Virus record (IMG/VR): IMGVR_UViG_2541047941_000005
DNA length: 36,837 nt
Direction: 5' to 3' (one strand)
DNA from: a virus
Taxonomy: Duplodnaviria; Heunggongvirae; Uroviricota; Caudoviricetes
The translations under genes were made by a program, and so were the position numbers. Shown here piece after piece: positions 32,183-36,837 of this stretch; the first letter of the stretch is position 1, and each line of letters starts with the position of its first letter. Below the pieces are notes generated by a model that did not search any database, was not told the DNA's origin, and worked only from the letters and a program-made list of their open reading frames with translations.

Positions 32183-32213
32183 ACATCATGTCGCCATCTT
32201 CAGCAAAAATCAT

Positions 32214-32966
32214 TTATCTCGTCACCTTCCTCAATTGCGCTTCCGCGTATGCTTCTTCCTGCCAGCACTTTGTTACCAGTTTACCAATGACGTCCGCATA
32301 CCCCTTATACCACTGATAATCGGTCAGGTCTGGTACCAGCTTCTGGACATGACGTCGTGCCAGCGTGGTCGGTAAACGACTAAACCGGTTTCCATTACAA
32401 CGCCCACAAATCTTATATACCGGTACGCCATGAAACCGGGTTCTTTTTTCATCCAGAACAATCCCTTTACCCTTACACCCTCTGCACGCTGTGCTGACTT
32501 CGCCCTTACCATGGCAATGCTGACATAGTTCCTTCACCCATTCTTCCTTGATTACAGATTCCCCGCGTCTGTAGTGTTTCACCACTTCGCGCAATACATT
32601 ATAAAATCCCGTACCTGAACAATGCTCACAGCGAGCCTTACTTGCCGCAGACCTGGAGTAATCAGCAAAGGCAAAATTCACGAGGTAAGGAATAATCTGT
32701 AACCGGATTTCTTCACTCAATTTGTTCAATGTCGGGTTATCCAGTGCCATCGCGTAATTTAGCAGGCCTTCAATCGCAAACTGAGCGTCCTGAACACCAA
32801 CTTTTGCCAGAAATAAGGCCAACCCAAGTGGTGCTTTCGACTGCACCATCCCCTGCGCTGCCATTACATCCGTAATTGTTAAACAACCGGTGCCTGTCGC
32901 TGGAGCGTCATCGCTCAATTTTGGAGATTTTGGGGAGTAATATTTTGGTAAGGCTTCAAGGTTCAT
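32214..32966 (-). CDS. quuQ: Late antiterminator Q (250 aa)
   Basis: Zn-binding Cys clusters ([32 protein letters not shown]); GGAG Shine-Dalgarno; position upstream of the lysis genes; length equals K-12 QuuQ. Confidence 0.85.
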   Translation of the reverse strand: MNLEALPKYYSPKSPKLSDDAPATGTGCLTITDVMAAQGMVQSKAPLGLALFLAKVGVQDAQFAIEGLLNYAMALDNPTLNKLSEEIRLQIIPYLVNFAFADYSRSAASKARCEHCSGTGFYNVLREVVKHYRRGESVIKEEWVKELCQHCHGKGEVSTACRGCKGKGIVLDEKRTRFHGVPVYKICGRCNGNRFSRLPTTLARRHVQKLVPDLTDYQWYKGYADVIGKLVTKCWQEEAYAEAQLRKVTR

Positions 32967-32979
32967 GCTCGTTCTCCAC

Positions 32980-34029
32980 TTACGCCAGTACGCCAATTGC
33001 CAGCGCGCGATCGATAAAACGAAATATCAGCTCCAGTTGGGAGCCATACTTCTCTTCAAATGCCACTGTATCCGTATGCAGCTCGTTGTGATGCTTTCTG
33101 CACAAAGGCAACACAAAGAGATCATGTGCTTTTGTTCCCATTCCGCCCTGCCCGTGACCAATCAGATGATGCGGATCGTCGGCTGGCATACCGCAGCAAG
33201 CACACGGCTGTGTCTTAACCCAACGTGTGTATTTCTCCTTAACCCAGCGGCGACGTTTAGGCAGCTTCATGAAAGATTCCGGAGACTCTGGATCAACGGT
33301 GATGCTTACCACCGTCTTTTCCTGTGGTGTTTTTTGTTGCTGGTGGGCGTAAGGCAACGGTGCAAGATTTTTTGTGCGTTGTTTCAATATGCTGGTGGCG
33401 GTCTGCTCTCCCGGTACGATGTCGCTTTCGCGGTACACCGAGCAGATTTTTTCCGCTGGTAATCCCAGCGAACGACGCGATACAGCCTCAGGTAGTGCAT
33501 CCACCACCTGATTGCAGACCGCCCACCAGGATAATTCAGCCAAAGATAATTCCCGCTCCTGCGTACCGCTTATTGCGTGACGGATGACGTCAATCACCCA
33601 TGCTGTCAGATTTTGTTGAGCAAGCAGCTCCAGTGATTCCGATGTCTGGTCACGCAGTTGGTTGTCGCAGTGCCAACACAACACCATTGCGCCGGTACCA
33701 TAACGGTGAATGACTGTTTCAGAGTGATGGTAATCGCCATTAGGCCACTGGCAGGATGTAACATGACGTAATAGCCAGTCAGACAATGCGCCAACACCGC
33801 CAGCAGCACGAATCACCCGTTCGTTACTAAAAAACGGCAGCAATGTTTTGTCTTCCGCCAGCGACTGGCGAACGGCAGGAACGACTCCGGATGGCAGATT
33901 ACGCATGCTTTTTGGTTCCGGTTCCACCAGCACTCGAGGATTATGAAATATCTGTATGGATTCACGGCCCGGCTTAAGGACCACCAGCCCAAGCTCAGGC
34001 ACCAGAACAGGTCTAAGTAATACCCGCAC
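32980..34029 (-). CDS. ydfU: DUF968-family protein YdfU with C-terminal HNH-like Cys/His motif (349 aa from GTG)
   Basis: GGAGG Shine-Dalgarno before GTG at 34029; C-terminal CACCG...HHL...CRKHHNELH. Confidence 0.7.
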   Translation of the reverse strand: MRVLLRPVLVPELGLVVLKPGRESIQIFHNPRVLVEPEPKSMRNLPSGVVPAVRQSLAEDKTLLPFFSNERVIRAAGGVGALSDWLLRHVTSCQWPNGDYHHSETVIHRYGTGAMVLCWHCDNQLRDQTSESLELLAQQNLTAWVIDVIRHAISGTQERELSLAELSWWAVCNQVVDALPEAVSRRSLGLPAEKICSVYRESDIVPGEQTATSILKQRTKNLAPLPYAHQQQKTPQEKTVVSITVDPESPESFMKLPKRRRWVKEKYTRWVKTQPCACCGMPADDPHHLIGHGQGGMGTKAHDLFVLPLCRKHHNELHTDTVAFEEKYGSQLELIFRFIDRALAIGVLA

Positions 34030-34030
34030 G

Positions 34031-34309
34031 TTACCTCCAGATCCGTTGCTGGAAAGTGCGGGACGCACGTGGTGGGCGTTCGGAGTAAGGCAATCTGACT
34101 GAGATTATCCAGTGACGGTAGTCGAGGCTAAGGGCTTTCTTAACCTCGTATCCGCGCCTGCGGTAACACTGAATTATCCATTCAGCCTGCTCTTCAGTGC
34201 ATGGAGGGTGTTGGAACCATTCAGACTTGAATGCGTGAGAATACCGCTCGTGCGTGCAGACAAGAACGGGCGAATTATCAGAATTGTAATATTTTACGTT
34301 GCGTGCCAT
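34031..34309 (-). CDS. Hypothetical protein (92 aa) translationally coupled to ydfU
   Basis: ATG with GGAG Shine-Dalgarno; stop abuts ydfU start. Confidence 0.5.
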   Translation of the reverse strand: MARNVKYYNSDNSPVLVCTHERYSHAFKSEWFQHPPCTEEQAEWIIQCYRRRGYEVKKALSLDYRHWIISVRLPYSERPPRASRTFQQRIWR

Positions 34310-34375
34310 CGGTTTTCTCCGGTGGCACGGTGTTACTCAGCGGGAGTTCAGCCCCGCGCAAGATTGTAGATGAGT

Positions 34376-34627
34376 TTATTCTTCTGCAAAAGCTAAAAAG
34401 CCTGCTTTTATTCCGATCTCTTTCAGTGCCTGTAATGAAGTGACAAACTCACCTTCGCGCAAGATAAATCCGTCTGTCACTCGACCATCCACAAAATTAA
34501 TTAACGCAGCCCCATTCTTTCGCAAACACATAATGCGGTAATGACTAACAAGATTTCCATTTTCAACGCACACAGCATAGAGGCCATCTTCACAAAAAAT
34601 TTTACGCAATTCTTCGATGTTCATCAT
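34376..34627 (-). CDS. rem: Hypothetical prophage protein (83 aa), likely Rem homolog
   Basis: GGAAGG Shine-Dalgarno; length and position between ydfU and hok as in Qin. Confidence 0.45.
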   Translation of the reverse strand: MMNIEELRKIFCEDGLYAVCVENGNLVSHYRIMCLRKNGAALINFVDGRVTDGFILREGEFVTSLQALKEIGIKAGFLAFAEE

Positions 34628-34744
34628 CAGAATCCTTCCGGATAATTAGCTCTCCCCTTTAAGGGACCATCCCTCTTATCCCTGCGCGCTACTTAAGTAT
34701 TTTTGATTCTATTCCGGCACCGTCCAGAACTTCAAACGCGTTGA

Positions 34745-34773
34745 AAATAAAAACAAAAACCCGCCGAAGCGGG
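34745..34773 (-). terminator. Rho-independent terminator of hok mRNA
   Basis: Minus strand cccgc-ttcg-gcggg followed by TTTTTGTTTTT. Confidence 0.7.
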
Positions 34774-34843
34774 TTAAGTGCGGGTGCGTTGAGGATGCCT
34801 GCCACATCAGAGGTGGCGAGGGATTTCTCCCTCGCCGGGTTTC

Positions 34844-34999
34844 TTACTCCTCAGGTTCGTAAGCTGTGAAGACAGCGACCTCCGTCTGGCCGGTTCGGAT
34901 TCGTACCTCGCAGAGGTCTTTCCTCGTTACCAGTGCCGTCACTATGACGGTTAAACAGATGACGATCAGGGCGATTAACATCGCCTTTTGCTGCTTCAT
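34844..34999 (-). CDS. hokD: Hok-family type I toxin (51 aa)
   Basis: MKQQKAMLIALIVICLTVIVTALVTRKDLCEVRIRTGQTEVAVFTAYEPEE matches my recollection of HokD/RelF. Confidence 0.9.
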   Translation of the reverse strand: MKQQKAMLIALIVICLTVIVTALVTRKDLCEVRIRTGQTEVAVFTAYEPEE

Positions 35000-35056
35000 A
35001 GCCTGCTTCTCCTTGCCTTTCGGCACGTAAGAGGCTAACCTACATATGTCTAGCAT
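34844..35056 (-). CDS. mok: mok-like overlapping leader ORF of hok (70 aa, same frame)
   Basis: ATG at 35056 opens the frame that continues into hok. Confidence 0.5.
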   Translation of the reverse strand: MLDICRLASYVPKGKEKQAMKQQKAMLIALIVICLTVIVTALVTRKDLCEVRIRTGQTEVAVFTAYEPEE

Positions 35057-35210
35057 GAAATTGGCCTCAGATTAATGTTAAGCGTCTTGCAGGACGCGTA
35101 ATGTTAACTGGGGCTTTTCTCTATCTGCCGTTGGTGTTCATGCCCGAGGCAGATAGCCTCAAGCACCCGCAGCCATTCTACTTAACTACCGTTACCTCGC
35201 CAATGTGAAA

Positions 35211-35300
35211 TCAGTCAGAAAGGCGATCCATAAGAACAATAGCAAGACAATAAATCGCCATTACAGCCGTAATAGCCAGCGCACATTTGAGAACCAGCAC
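35211..35300 (-). CDS. Candidate small hydrophobic peptide (29 aa, MLVLKCALAITAVMAIYCLAIVLMDRLSD, GTG start)
   Basis: AGGAGG Shine-Dalgarno 5 nt upstream of GTG; single predicted TM helix; in AT-rich island. Confidence 0.3.
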   Translation of the reverse strand: MLVLKCALAITAVMAIYCLAIVLMDRLSD

Positions 35301-35673
35301 CACAACCTCCTGTATTGGACGTAGACCAGTCCTGATGAATATGAGGCTGTCTCGTCAGTGATTCAATACAACTATTGGGTATAGTTTCTCTGATTTTTTC
35401 TGTGGAAATGGGGCACAACCACTAGTCACCACCAGCACTTCTTTTAATACGCAAAGTCCGACACAAGCTAACCTTCTAGTCCGCTTTGAGCGAAAAACAG
35501 CCATAATTTAGTGCCACGTATATAATGATAGAGCTATTCAAGCTAGCAATTCACATGTAAAAATTCAGAGGGTAGAAGCACATAGTTATAAATGTTGGCT
35601 CCATCGACAAATTGCGGTCTCAAGTACATTTATTAATGTTGCCCCCGCATTAACAAATCATCAAGGTGACGAC

Positions 35674-35788
35674 ATGGACGATATTAATATCAGCCTCGAC
35701 GAACTTAACACTATTGATTTATCCCCCTTAATCCAGAGTAAGCTGCCAGTTACCTGCTTTGATATCACAAAGTATCTTTCTAGCCTAG
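35674..35788 (+). pseudogene. 5' fragment of an unknown gene cut by IS5 insertion (MDDINISLDELNTIDLSPLIQSKLPVTCFDITKYLSS...)
   Basis: AAGGTGA Shine-Dalgarno 4 nt before ATG; reading frame runs straight into the IS5 terminal repeat at 35789. Confidence 0.45.

Positions 35789-36837
<1,049 letters not shown>

Noticed and set aside
31859-32375. ORFs 31859..32077 and 31986..32375 on the plus strand
   Set aside because: These are the wrong or shifted frames of the frameshifted cspF, running through the terminator and antisense into Q; not independent genes.
35057-35400. relE/relB toxin-antitoxin genes expected upstream of hokD (as in K-12 Qin)
   Set aside because: No frame in this region resembles RelE or RelB; the region is AT-rich and different, so relBE appears absent from this prophage.
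35215-35418. 67-aa Cys/Gly-rich minus-strand ORF
   Set aside because: The tracker start is a TTG and no ribosome-binding site precedes the in-frame ATG. The overlapping frame with an AGGAGG Shine-Dalgarno (29-aa hydrophobic peptide) is the better candidate and is reported instead.

Overview
Nearly the whole window is a lambdoid, Qin-like prophage of an Escherichia/Shigella-type genome, inserted into the MFS transporter gene ydfJ (1..1284), which lacks its 5' end. All large genes are on the minus strand, in lambda order from right to left: cos candidate (~26.1 kb), terminase small and large subunits, W, portal, a ClpP-like protease/major capsid fusion, FII/Z/U connector proteins, major tail V, G and the G-T frameshift region, tape measure H, M, L, K, I, J, lom, side tail fibre stf and tfa. 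Pin invertase and ydfK sit at the prophage end next to ydfJ. Right of cos lies an accessory and late region: two convergent small ORFs, ydfO, gnsB, a 76-aa ORF, cspI, a phage-21-type lysis cassette (pinholin, ydfR, SAR endolysin, Rz/Rz1), a zinc-ribbon mini-ORF, cspB, a frameshifted cspF, antiterminator Q with candidate pR'/tR', ydfU (DUF968), a coupled 92-aa ORF, a rem-like ORF and a hok/mok toxin locus. The window ends with an AT-rich island (35.06-35.79 kb) holding a candidate small hydrophobic peptide gene and an ORF cut by an IS5-family element that runs off the window. No rRNA, tRNA or CRISPR array was seen. I found no large uncharacterised system; the most novel-looking material is the AT-rich island and the small-ORF accessory cluster. 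All homology calls rest on reading the translations and recalling known phage and E. coli K-12 proteins, not on database searches.
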